Part shown: positions 9,567 to 19,092 of the stretch, in pieces
How positions within the stretch are numbered: the stretch's first letter is position 1
How the letters are laid out: every line of letters starts with the position of its first letter
NCBI GenBank assembly: GCA_963676915.2
Contig: CAXXVK010000024.1
Coordinates: forward strand, 32,001-96,000
DNA from: Myxococcota bacterium
GTDB taxonomy: Bacteria > Myxococcota_A > SURF-8 > G963663525
Length of the DNA: 64,000 nucleotides
Reading direction: 5' to 3'
Made by a program: the position numbers and the translations under genes
Notes under the pieces: generated by a model
The model's input: the letters and a program-made list of their open reading frames with translations, nothing else
The model's database searches: none
Told to the model about the DNA's origin: nothing

Positions 9567-10784
9567 TTATTGGTGATGAATGGCTTCGATGGGGTTGAGC
9601 ATCGACGCTTTCAGAGCCGGGTAAATCGTGGCGATCAGCGAGAGCACGAACAGCGACGCCACAGGCATATAAATGGAACGAGCCGTCAGCAGAGACCGCC
9701 AGATGGTTTCCATCGCCACGCCGGACATGGATGCGCTGTCGGCATAGGAGGACAGGTCGATTCCATGGGTTTGCAGAATCCAGGCGAATGGAATGCCGAA
9801 AAGCAATCCGAAAACGCAAGCATACAGGCTCATAACCAGAGTTTCGGCCAGGACCAGACGGAAAAGCTGGAAGGGTGTGACACCGATGGCTTTCATGACG
9901 CCGTATTCTTTGATTCGCTCGAAAACGGCCATCAGCATGGCGTTGAGAATCACAATTCCTATGGCCATGTAAACCAGCACGATCATCGGTAGCAGGAAGG
10001 CGTCGGACAACTCGACCATTTCCGCCATCGAGGGATTCAACTGTTTCCAGGTTTTTACTTCCAGTTTCGGGAAGGTTTCACTAAGGCTTTTACCTGCCTC
10101 TTCTAAAATCATTTCGTCACCCATGGCCAGCGTAATTTCATGTGCGCCTTGGGGAATCTCCATGAATTTCCTGAAGGTTTTCAGTGGCAGGAAAAGTCCT
10201 GCGGCATTGATTTCATCCCCAATGGCTTTTAGGACGCCACGCACGGTAAAGCGGTCGTTGGCCATCGATCCGTCCGCCGCCTGGGTGACGATCACCACCT
10301 CGTCTCCCGGTCCGGCTTCGAGGGTTCGGGCCAGGACTTTTCCCAAGACGATACCGTTGGGGTCAGAGTTTTCGAGCCATGTGCCTTTCTGCAAATGTTC
10401 CGTCATTTTGACGGTTTGTCGCTCTCCCTCCGGATCGACGCCCCACAGGCGTACTCCGGCGGAGGCGTTGTCGGACGCCGCCAGTCCACCGGCAAACAGG
10501 CGAGGCGTAGCCTTGTAACCGAGGTTGTGCAGTTTATCCAAAATGGCGGTTTCATTGCCGATTCGTTCGTAAATGGAAGGTTTGTCCAGATAGCCTTCGG
10601 GGTGTATCTGCAAATGCCCCATGGTCATCAGCGAGGCATTGCGTCGCAGATCGAAGAGCAGGCCGTCGTACAAGGCACTGAAAACGATCATGATTCCCAG
10701 GGCGAAAGCCATTGCTCCGACCGTCACGAGGCTGCGGCGGCGCGCTCGGAGAATGTTTCGTCCGGCCAATCGCATGGTGTTCAT
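9567..10784 (-). CDS. ABC permease, FtsX/LolC/E family
   Basis: AGRNILRARRRS, ILNAMLMAVFERIKEYGVMKAIG, YPALKASMLNPIEAI. Confidence 0.93.
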   Translation of the reverse strand: MNTMRLAGRNILRARRRSLVTVGAMAFALGIMIVFSALYDGLLFDLRRNASLMTMGHLQIHPEGYLDKPSIYERIGNETAILDKLHNLGYKATPRLFAGGLAASDNASAGVRLWGVDPEGERQTVKMTEHLQKGTWLENSDPNGIVLGKVLARTLEAGPGDEVVIVTQAADGSMANDRFTVRGVLKAIGDEINAAGLFLPLKTFRKFMEIPQGAHEITLAMGDEMILEEAGKSLSETFPKLEVKTWKQLNPSMAEMVELSDAFLLPMIVLVYMAIGIVILNAMLMAVFERIKEYGVMKAIGVTPFQLFRLVLAETLVMSLYACVFGLLFGIPFAWILQTHGIDLSSYADSASMSGVAMETIWRSLLTARSIYMPVASLFVLSLIATIYPALKASMLNPIEAIHHQ

Positions 10785-10799
10785 AGTGGTTCCTCCTTG

Positions 10800-11588
10800 T
10801 CAGCGGCGAAGCTGATTGAGGGAAAAGAAGCTTTCTTTGAGTTTCACGTTGAAATTGATTTCTTTGTAAACAAACTCTGTGAATTCATTGGGTTTGTCCG
10901 CCGGAACCATGCGCATCACGCTAGGTAGCAGGCGACCGGACATCATTTTGTGTCCTTCGAGCGTCATCGTTCGCGCCACTTCACCGTCTTCGTCGTAGTA
11001 CACGACTTTCAGCGGTTGCCAGTCCTCAAGACGGGCTTCCATCGTCACTTTGCCCCAAACGACTGCCGCATCCGGTTTCGGAATGGAGGTCAGCTCGATG
11101 ATCTCTATCCCGTTTCGTTTACCTGTAAACGTAAGTGTCGTGTCGTAGTCGTCGGCCATGCGGCTTTCTTTGACGAGATCGTCGTTGGTGAAGTGACTAC
11201 CCATCCAGGAGCCAAGCATCATGGCAGAGGTGAGTTTGATCGTTTTGTCGGTTTTCGGCAGGTAATTATAGATTTCGTTACCGACTTTCAGCGTCGCCGT
11301 GTTGCGCTCTTTGAGAGGTTTGAGCACTTTGACCAGCGAGCGGTCTTTGCCCAACGACCATGTTTTCATGGTCAACGACCGTTCCCAGTGCTTCGTTTTG
11401 ATATTCATCGTAATCAAAGCGTCGGAGGAGTCGCCGCGCCAGAGGTCGTCGAACTTGTCGAGAACGTCTTTAACGTTGATATCTTTGACTTTATCCCCTG
11501 CGGGTTGGGCAGGCGTTTCGGCCCAGGCCGCCAAAGAAAACAATAGAGTCAAACTTGCCGCTACCCATTTCATCCAATGAAAATGCAT
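10800..11588 (-). CDS. Outer-membrane lipoprotein-sorting (LolA-like) periplasmic protein
   Basis: Signal peptide, SWMGSHFTNDDL, FFSLNQLRR terminus typical of this family. Confidence 0.85.
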   Translation of the reverse strand: MHFHWMKWVAASLTLLFSLAAWAETPAQPAGDKVKDINVKDVLDKFDDLWRGDSSDALITMNIKTKHWERSLTMKTWSLGKDRSLVKVLKPLKERNTATLKVGNEIYNYLPKTDKTIKLTSAMMLGSWMGSHFTNDDLVKESRMADDYDTTLTFTGKRNGIEIIELTSIPKPDAAVVWGKVTMEARLEDWQPLKVVYYDEDGEVARTMTLEGHKMMSGRLLPSVMRMVPADKPNEFTEFVYKEINFNVKLKESFFSLNQLRR

Positions 11589-11604
11589 GATCTTTCTCCT
11601 GCCG

Positions 11605-12252
11605 TCAGTGACTCGACGCTTCGTTGGTCGTCGAGGAAAGAAGGGAGTGAAAAAAACTGTCCATAAACTGCTCGACCTGCTCGCGGAGGTCGAAGTACTC
11701 GGGATCGAGGAATTTGTGCAGCATCAAGCCGTCTTCGAAGGCTACGATGTTTACGGCGATGACTTCGGCCTGATCCTTGACTTCTTCACGGAAGATACCC
11801 TTTTCGACACCTTCAAGCACGGTCGCCACGATGAATTCCCGAATCGGTGCAAACATGCGTTGGACCAACTTGAGATGATTGAAGCTTTTGGGCTGTTCCA
11901 CGATCAACTGGAACATGATGACCGCCATTTGCATGCTTTCCGTGCTGTTGAGGTACATCTCCAAAACGGCAATGGAAAACGCCTTCAGTCGTTCCAACGG
12001 GTTTTCGATGGCCATGATAGGAGCGAAGGCTTCGTTGTCCGCGTGGCTGGCTTCCATGGCGACCTCGAAAGCGGCCACGATCAGGTCGTCTTTGGAATCG
12101 AAATATTCATAGAGGGTGCCTTTACCGATGCCGATGTGTTTCGCTACCTGATTCATGGACGTTTTCGAGAACCCCAGTTTCAAAAACGCTTCGAGTGCTC
12201 CGGCGGCGATGTCGTGTTTCTTTTTCGCTTTATCCACCAAGATGGGAGTCAT
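11605..12252 (-). CDS. TetR/AcrR family regulator
   Basis: HTH TSMNQVAKHIGIGKGTLYEYFDSKDDL; start MTPILVD after GGAGG RBS. Confidence 0.93.
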   Translation of the reverse strand: MTPILVDKAKKKHDIAAGALEAFLKLGFSKTSMNQVAKHIGIGKGTLYEYFDSKDDLIVAAFEVAMEASHADNEAFAPIMAIENPLERLKAFSIAVLEMYLNSTESMQMAVIMFQLIVEQPKSFNHLKLVQRMFAPIREFIVATVLEGVEKGIFREEVKDQAEVIAVNIVAFEDGLMLHKFLDPEYFDLREQVEQFMDSFFHSLLSSTTNEASSH

Positions 12253-12287
12253 CTCTTCACCTCCTCGCGATCGGTCGCTTTTTAAAA

Positions 12288-12305
12288 TGACCAACCGGTC
12301 GGTCA
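12288..12305. promoter_or_regulatory. Putative TetR operator within sigma70-like promoter
   Basis: Near-perfect palindrome TGACCaaCCGGtcGGTCA adjacent to TTGACT (-35, minus strand) upstream of tetR. Confidence 0.75.
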
Positions 12306-12400
12306 AAGTCAAGATGTTTTTTTATCTTTTTTCGAATATTTCAAATTTGGAATAGGAATCCTACCCCAACAAAAGGTAAAATTCTAGTGATAACAGTACG

Positions 12401-14032
12401 TTACTTTCCTGTGTTTTGCGGGAGGTGGTCCAAACGTCGGTTGGCATAGATCGACGAGTTCGCGTCGCTGTACACTTTTCGCCAGCCGGTGAGTTCGCCG
12501 GGAGGATAGCGGGTCCATTTGCGGTCGAGGTAGGTGTAAAGGATATAATCGATGCGGTGTTCGTTGAGCACTCTGCTACGTTTTTGGATCGAAGGTTCGT
12601 TTCCGTATTGCTGATAAAGCCTCAAACCTTCCCGGTAGTTGGGCATGATGTCCTTATGCCCTAGAAACGAACGATGCCGGGTGAAAATCGGTACTTTTTG
12701 TCCCAACGATCCATGAGTGAACACCAACCCCGGGGCCAGTTGATCGAGCGCTTCGAAAGCCTCGAACAAATGCGATTGCATGAACAGATATTTGTTTCGT
12801 TCGACGGCCAGGCGGTTCAGGTCGGAACTTAAGTGAAGGTTGGTTGGAATCATGGCCGGAATGGCCAGCCCCACAAGTGCGATTTTCCACCGACCGGGAG
12901 AGGTCAGCCACCCGCTGGTAGCCAGCAGAAGCAGGGGAGAAATCGCCATGCCGGCGACTCTCCACGACCAAGGCACGACAGGAACCAGCAACAGAATCCA
13001 GGCTACGAGCATCCAAGCCGAAACGATGGCGTTGGTTCCCTGCCATGGACGCTTTTTGCGAAAAGCGAAAAACAACCCCAACGGAGCGAAAATCCACAAT
13101 AAACCAAGGGATATGGCGAAAGAGCCGGGAGCGGGAAAGGGGTAAACGTTTCCCTCGGACCACGACGAAAATCCCGTGCTGTATTGCGTGAGCCAGAACG
13201 TGTAACCCAGGGCTGGAACAGGTATCAGCCAGGATAAAAACGACGGTTTCGAAAAGCTTGGTGCGCTTTGGGAGGAATCGGAAGGTTTTTTCCCGAAATA
13301 GCGCGTGAGGGTGGTTATTGTCCAGACGAGAATCAGTGCCAGCCAGCCGACCAGTGCGTCGTAAGGGCGGATGGTGAACAATAGCGCTAACAGGCCGCCA
13401 GCGAGCAGATTTCGCTTGTGCTTTCCATGGGTTGTCGATGTAGCAAATAGTAGAGCGGTCATCAGCATGGCATGACTGAGCGCCGCATGTGGAACGAAGG
13501 CCGCTTGGACGAAAGGATACATCTCGGTGTGGGTATCGGGGGGCACGGCGTGAAGCAATAACCATCCGAGTTGAAAAAGCCACCCCCCCCCCGAGGCGGT
13601 CAAAAACAGGGTCAGTCCTAACAAATGCGCCAAAGGGGAAGATTTTGGCGAAAGGCGTTTGAGCCATGCAAAAGCCGCGCAGGCAAGCCAAAGGCAGGCG
13701 ATCAACCGAAGAAACTGGAAACCAACCGGATAGGTAAGACCCGTCACCTGCTGAAATTTTCCCATCGCCAACCACAAAGGATTGAAATACACCGCCGGGT
13801 TGTCGTCTTTACGATAGGGATTGGCAAACAGCCACTCTCCGCGTTCGGACTGTGCGCAAAATGCGGCGTAGGCGTCGTGGTCGTCGGGGAACATCAGCCC
13901 CCCGAGGAAATACCGATCGTCATTCTGGGCTTGGAATGCGTGAAGGTAGGGGATCGACGTCAAGACAAACAGGCACAAGGCCAGGACCAACGGTACCCGA
14001 TACGGAGAAATTGTGTGGAAAAATTTCGTCAT
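12401..14032 (-). CDS. Polytopic membrane protein, GT-C-fold glycosyltransferase-like
   Basis: Many TM segments, acidic DDHD motif in first loop, IRPYD, soluble C-terminal IDYI...VYSD tail. Confidence 0.55.
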   Translation of the reverse strand: MTKFFHTISPYRVPLVLALCLFVLTSIPYLHAFQAQNDDRYFLGGLMFPDDHDAYAAFCAQSERGEWLFANPYRKDDNPAVYFNPLWLAMGKFQQVTGLTYPVGFQFLRLIACLWLACAAFAWLKRLSPKSSPLAHLLGLTLFLTASGGGWLFQLGWLLLHAVPPDTHTEMYPFVQAAFVPHAALSHAMLMTALLFATSTTHGKHKRNLLAGGLLALLFTIRPYDALVGWLALILVWTITTLTRYFGKKPSDSSQSAPSFSKPSFLSWLIPVPALGYTFWLTQYSTGFSSWSEGNVYPFPAPGSFAISLGLLWIFAPLGLFFAFRKKRPWQGTNAIVSAWMLVAWILLLVPVVPWSWRVAGMAISPLLLLATSGWLTSPGRWKIALVGLAIPAMIPTNLHLSSDLNRLAVERNKYLFMQSHLFEAFEALDQLAPGLVFTHGSLGQKVPIFTRHRSFLGHKDIMPNYREGLRLYQQYGNEPSIQKRSRVLNEHRIDYILYTYLDRKWTRYPPGELTGWRKVYSDANSSIYANRRLDHLPQNTGK

Positions 14033-14346
14033 GGAACTTTTTGTATCAATTCATTCCTTTTTATCCTACTCACTCCATAAAGATTTGTGCAAGAAGCTTT
14101 GAAAACGATTTTCTTGACGAGTTTTTTCTGGACGGTCCTTCGATTTTTCGTCATCTTTTGTTTCGTGCTGGGAAGCTTTGTAAAACTCTCTCTCGACGGT
14201 CTTTTTACGTCCTTGATATCCAAAGAAGAATCCCGTCTAAAATCCCTTGCCCCGACGGATGGATTTAGGTATGGTACGAAACAATTTCGAGGACTTTTAT
14301 AGAAAAATTCCAAGTGAATCGTAATTGCATAAGGATGAGGTGGATC

Positions 14347-16098
14347 ATGAAAAACGCCATGGGGCTTTTTTTATTGGTGGTTTTCCTGCTGCCGTTGGCT
14401 TGCAGCATGGAAAAAACGGAAGAAGATTGGGCCTGGGATCTTTACGATAAACGGCATCGCGACCGAGCTATGTTGTACATCCAGGAACATGCCGACAATC
14501 CCAAGCTCGTCAAAGAAGCTCTTCCCGTGCTCGAATATCTCGTCACGAAACGGTACGGGACGCTAAAAGCGGTTTTCACCATGGGCGTTCTCAAGGATCC
14601 CGTGGCCGTTCCGTTTTTGCTGAAACAACTCAAGGACGTGTCCACCAAGGACTCCGAAGAGCACGACCGTCTGACCGAGCAGATTTGTATGTCGTTGGGT
14701 ATGATCGGCGACAAAACCGCCGTCGGCGAATTGATCGAAGTGGTCAAATCCGATGTGACCGGTGAAATGGGTAAAGCGGGCGGAATCCAGGCTCTTGGGG
14801 CCATCGGCGACCGCCAGGCCATCGCGCCGCTGCGGGCTATTCTCAAGGATAAAGACCAGAAGATCCAGCTTCGCCACTACGCGACGATTTCTTTGGGAAA
14901 ACTGAACGCTTCCGAAGCGGCTGACGATCTTGCCTATGCGCTGTTCGTCGATGACGGAACGGGCCTGAACCTCTTCCGCGACGGTCAGACCGCCCTGCTG
15001 CGTATCGGTGGCAAGGAAATGCGTGATGCGCTGATCAAACTCTACAATTTCCAAAACAAAGACATCTACGCCATTGTCGATAAAGAAGGCGAAGAAAACG
15101 TCAAGGAAATCATTGGTTTGGCCAAGGAAATCGGCATGAAGCCCGGTTGGGTCAAAATCAAGGCCGTCGAAGTCATGGGACAGAGCCGCGATCCCGAGTT
15201 GGTCCCGTTCCTGCTCGAGCAGTTCAAACTCGGCGCCGACCCCAAAGCCGATTTCGATTTCGAAGTGTTCGCGAAAGTGGCGCAGTCCTTGGGACGCCTT
15301 GCTTCCCCCGCCGCCATGGAAGAAATGTACAAACTGTTCATCGTCAAGCCGCCGAAGACCGAATTCCTGAACGAAAAGGAATTCATCGCTCAGGCGCTGA
15401 TGCAGATCGGCCTCCCCCAAGACAAGCTTGAAACGCTGATGGAAATCGTCGAGGGTGGCGAACAAACGTTGATTTCTCCCGTGGATGGCAAACCGACGCT
15501 GTTCCCGCAATGGCCGATGGCCGCTGCCAACCTGCTTTCCATGTTGGATATCGAAGGACAGTTCGAAGAGCGCTTCGCCAAAGTCGTGGAAGAGAAGAAA
15601 ATCAATTCCACCGTGTTCGGCTTGGCGATTTCCACTCCCGAGCTGATGGAAGCGTTCCACCTTCGCCTGAAAATGGCCAAGGAATGCAAAAAGAACGCCC
15701 AGTGCTACTATAACAAACTCAAAGCGCTGCATACCCACGTCAATGCCGCCAACGAGAGCAAAGAACAGAAGGCCAAATACGGAAAATACGACTGGGCCAT
15801 TGCCGAACGCGCTCTGTATTCTCTGGCGCATCTCAATGCTAAAAACCTCAATGATGCTCTTGAAATCGGTATGAAGTACATCGGAGCCAAAACCTTCGAA
15901 ACCGACCGTGTGCGTGACGCTGTGGTGTTCGCCGCCAACAAACTGGCGACCAAGGAAATCGTTCCGAAGCTGGCCGAGTTGCAGCAGAAAACCAAACTGG
16001 ATCGCATCGCCCAGAAAGCCTCCGAAAACCTGGGGTACGTGCTGATTCTCAAGCGTCGGGAATTCAACATCAAATCCGATGCCATTTTCGAGGAATAA
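14347..16098 (+). CDS. HEAT-repeat lipoprotein
   Basis: Lipobox PLAC; repeats SLGMIGDKTAVGELI, ALGAIGDRQAIAPL, SLGKLNASEA. Confidence 0.85.
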   Translation: MKNAMGLFLLVVFLLPLACSMEKTEEDWAWDLYDKRHRDRAMLYIQEHADNPKLVKEALPVLEYLVTKRYGTLKAVFTMGVLKDPVAVPFLLKQLKDVSTKDSEEHDRLTEQICMSLGMIGDKTAVGELIEVVKSDVTGEMGKAGGIQALGAIGDRQAIAPLRAILKDKDQKIQLRHYATISLGKLNASEAADDLAYALFVDDGTGLNLFRDGQTALLRIGGKEMRDALIKLYNFQNKDIYAIVDKEGEENVKEIIGLAKEIGMKPGWVKIKAVEVMGQSRDPELVPFLLEQFKLGADPKADFDFEVFAKVAQSLGRLASPAAMEEMYKLFIVKPPKTEFLNEKEFIAQALMQIGLPQDKLETLMEIVEGGEQTLISPVDGKPTLFPQWPMAAANLLSMLDIEGQFEERFAKVVEEKKINSTVFGLAISTPELMEAFHLRLKMAKECKKNAQCYYNKLKALHTHVNAANESKEQKAKYGKYDWAIAERALYSLAHLNAKNLNDALEIGMKYIGAKTFETDRVRDAVVFAANKLATKEIVPKLAELQQKTKLDRIAQKASENLGYVLILKRREFNIKSDAIFEE

Positions 16099-16122
16099 GC
16101 GTTTCAACGAATGCAACATTCC

Positions 16123-16152
16123 GCCCCGCTCGAAATTCGAGCGGGGCTTTTT
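16123..16152 (+). terminator. Intrinsic terminator
   Basis: gccccgctcga-aat-tcgagcggggc followed by T-tract. Confidence 0.85.
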
Positions 16153-16323
16153 CGTGGAAGATAGAAAACTCTTTGATAAAAATGTGCTCTTGGGTGGCGT
16201 TTGGAGCGGAAATGGGGTAAATTTTGGGGTGTTCCGAGAAAATGATCCGCGCCCGGACAATCAGGGGACTTTCGGCGACGATTTCAAAAACTTGACTTCG
16301 AACAAGGCTGGGACGAAACGGTC

Positions 16324-17643
16324 ATGGTCAATAACAGGCAAGACGACAGATACCGCGTTCAACTTCAGATCGATTCCAAAGGAAAAGAGGGAGTCGAAAC
16401 CTACACCACCGACGATGTATGCATCAACGGCGCGTTTTTGTTGACAAAACGCCCCAAACCGTTACGGCAGTTGATCCAGGTCGTCATTCATCTTCCCGAA
16501 GATAAAACCATCAAAACCTTTGCACAGGTGGTTTCCAGGCGAGGCGGACGGAATCTTCCCGGTCCTCGTGGGATGGGCGTCCAATTCTTCAGTATGAACG
16601 AAGACGATCGCGGACTCTGGGAAGGTTTTATCGGCAAGTTGGCGGAAGGCGAAGTAGAGGAAGAAGAAATCGTCTCCGATGTCGCTGAGACTGAAGAGGA
16701 AGACTGGTTCGAGATCGAGTTGGACGAGGAAGAGGAAATCATTGAAATCGATGATTTCGAGGAAGAGGACGACGAGGACTCTGAAGCGGATGCTCAAGCC
16801 GAGGAGAAAAAGCCGGTCGAAACTTCGGCAAACGATACTTCCCACGACCTAAGCGATGCCTTCGATGCGTACGGGGAAGAAACGGATCTCGATGACCTTG
16901 CCGCCGAAGCCGATAAAGAACTTGAAAATGTGAAAAAAGCGTCGGAAACCGACGAGGACGATGAAGAATTTGAAGTCGTGATCGACGACGAATTTATCAT
17001 CGAAGAAGAAGACGAGGACGACGACGGCATTTTATTTGATGATCCGGAATTCGAAGACGAAACGAACCAAAGCGGTTCGGTAATTACCATCGTTGAAGAA
17101 GAAAAACAGCACGTCAACCTGGATGACGGGAATTTCAGCGCCAACTTTATCGTTGCCCCGATCGATCGCAAGGAGCTACGGCAGATTTTCAAGCGGGAAA
17201 TCAGCCAGGGGACGCTTTCGGTACCAACCGAAGAGGACATCAACAAAGGCGACGAAATCCGCGTGGTTCTGGTGCATCCCTGGACGGGTGCCGAGTATTC
17301 CGTACTTGGAAAGATCAAGGATGTAAATCATAAGGATAACAATGTCGTAGGGGCCGAAATCGACTTCGACGAAATGAATCTCGTTCCGTTGGCGGCCTAC
17401 ATTCGGTCGGGACTGCTGATCGAAGGAGAAAACGAGGAAGACATCAAGGCCAACACGAGAAAGCGGCTCAATGGCGTCGTGGATTGGCTGATGGATCATT
17501 TTCAGGATGCGGAAAACCATTTCCTGTTGGGACTACTGCATTTAAGTCTTGGAGAAGGTCCGGAAGCCCGCAAAGAACTGGCCCGTGCCCTGCTGATGGA
17601 CCACAAGGTGCCGGGAGAAGCCATTGACGCCACGTTTCGATAG
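16324..17643 (+). CDS. PilZ-domain protein with long acidic linker and second degenerate PilZ-like domain
   Basis: RQDDR (RxxxR), DVCINGAFL (DxSxxG-like), GMGVQF; Asp/Glu-rich middle; ISQGTLSVPT...VVLVHP second module. Confidence 0.8.
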   Translation: MVNNRQDDRYRVQLQIDSKGKEGVETYTTDDVCINGAFLLTKRPKPLRQLIQVVIHLPEDKTIKTFAQVVSRRGGRNLPGPRGMGVQFFSMNEDDRGLWEGFIGKLAEGEVEEEEIVSDVAETEEEDWFEIELDEEEEIIEIDDFEEEDDEDSEADAQAEEKKPVETSANDTSHDLSDAFDAYGEETDLDDLAAEADKELENVKKASETDEDDEEFEVVIDDEFIIEEEDEDDDGILFDDPEFEDETNQSGSVITIVEEEKQHVNLDDGNFSANFIVAPIDRKELRQIFKREISQGTLSVPTEEDINKGDEIRVVLVHPWTGAEYSVLGKIKDVNHKDNNVVGAEIDFDEMNLVPLAAYIRSGLLIEGENEEDIKANTRKRLNGVVDWLMDHFQDAENHFLLGLLHLSLGEGPEARKELARALLMDHKVPGEAIDATFR

Positions 17644-17674
17644 TCGGTGTAAAGTCTAAACGCCACCTTGTCAC

Positions 17675-17702
17675 GTCGGACAAGAAATTTGTCCGACCAC
17701 GA
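17675..17702. repeat. REP-like palindrome, family A copy 1
   Basis: gtcggacaa-gaaat-ttgtccgac; reverse complement matches 37405-37432. Confidence 0.7.
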
Positions 17703-17708
17703 TTGACT

Positions 17709-19082
17709 TTACACACCTTCCGCTTGGATCTGCTTCAATTCCTTGCGAGTGTTTTCAAGTTCTTCATAAAACTGCTTTTCCAATGCGGGTGGGAGGCGTC
17801 GAGCCAAGATTTCGGCGTCCTTGAGGCGTTTGGAGCATCCCATCTCTACGAGAAGATCGTACAGCTCCACTTTTTCCTTGGATTCCTGCAACGGGAAAAG
17901 GTAGCCGTTGAGTTCTTCCGGTGGTTTGCCGTTGAGTACCGAGCGCAGGCGGTCGAATTCCTTTGAGGTCGGTACCGGATTGATCGGGAAGAAAATCGGC
18001 TGTGAACCCAGCAGCGCCATGAAAAGATAGGTTCGAAACAGGTGGCGCGTGGATTCGTCATCGTAACCCACAATACAGGTGGTGTGGAACTTGCCGATGT
18101 CGAACCCGATGTCTTTAAGCATCAGCAGGGTACGTATCGCCGTTTTGTGACCGTACGGTTTTTGAAAACGCTGAAGCATCGACGGATCGGTGGATTCTAC
18201 GGGAATGGTCATCTCCACCACACCCGCTTTTTGCATTTTCAACGCCAGTTCCCTCGTGATTTTGTTGGGTTGCAGACCCATGTTGAAACTGAAGGTCAAT
18301 CCGGCGTTCGTTTTGGCAACGGTATCGAATAGTTCTCCCATGGCTTCGGGAAACAACGTGACGTTCGGATCCCAGTTGCTGAAATGGGAAATTCCGAATC
18401 GTTTTTTAACGCTGAGGAAATAGTACAAAAGCTGTTTCGAGCTGAATCGTAGTTGAGGCGGATGGCGATGGTTGACGCAAAACGTGCAACGGTTCGAACA
18501 TCCCGTGGCAAGATTGAACAAGCCCAGTTCAGGCATGGTTTCGAACAGCGAGATGTCGGCGAATTCCCGTTCGGCTTCTTCGACGATACCCGAGACAATC
18601 TCGTCGGCGAGGCTTTTGTTCGCCCATTCGGGTTCGAGCGTCGGATAATTTCCCCCGAGTTTGATTTGCGTTTCGGGCCAGATTTCTTTGCAGACCTGGA
18701 TCGCTTCGTGGGTCGTCTCCCAGTTGTAGGTCAGGCAACTGCTGACCCATATTTCGTCTGGCCGTTCGGATTCCTGCAACCGGCTGCGTAGCCAGTCCAT
18801 ACTTTTTCCAAGTAAATACGAAGGTTTGATGGAATCTTTGACGCGGTTGTTTCCTGCGTGTTTCATGGAGTGCAGGGTGCAGTTGGATGGCCAGTCGCGA
18901 ACGAACGAGCCTTCCAGGTGGCCGTACTCCATCATGTCGATAAGGCGCACGCCATGACCTGCACGTTTCAGTAAGGTTCCCAACTTGAGCAGGCCGTAAG
19001 GGTAAGGCTCTGCATAATTATAGAGTTGTGGCAAGCTGACAGCTTGAACGGGAGGATGGAGAAGAAGAATCGAGCGGGCCAC
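17709..19082 (-). CDS. Cobalamin-dependent (B12-binding) radical SAM protein
   Basis: PYGLLKLGTLLKRAGHGVRLID, IWVSSCLTYNW...IKLGGNYPTL (B12 domain), GCSNRCTFC (CxxxCxxC); GTG start with AAGGA RBS. Confidence 0.92.
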   Translation of the reverse strand: MARSILLLHPPVQAVSLPQLYNYAEPYPYGLLKLGTLLKRAGHGVRLIDMMEYGHLEGSFVRDWPSNCTLHSMKHAGNNRVKDSIKPSYLLGKSMDWLRSRLQESERPDEIWVSSCLTYNWETTHEAIQVCKEIWPETQIKLGGNYPTLEPEWANKSLADEIVSGIVEEAEREFADISLFETMPELGLFNLATGCSNRCTFCVNHRHPPQLRFSSKQLLYYFLSVKKRFGISHFSNWDPNVTLFPEAMGELFDTVAKTNAGLTFSFNMGLQPNKITRELALKMQKAGVVEMTIPVESTDPSMLQRFQKPYGHKTAIRTLLMLKDIGFDIGKFHTTCIVGYDDESTRHLFRTYLFMALLGSQPIFFPINPVPTSKEFDRLRSVLNGKPPEELNGYLFPLQESKEKVELYDLLVEMGCSKRLKDAEILARRLPPALEKQFYEELENTRKELKQIQAEGV

Positions 19083-19092
19083 GATGTTTCCT

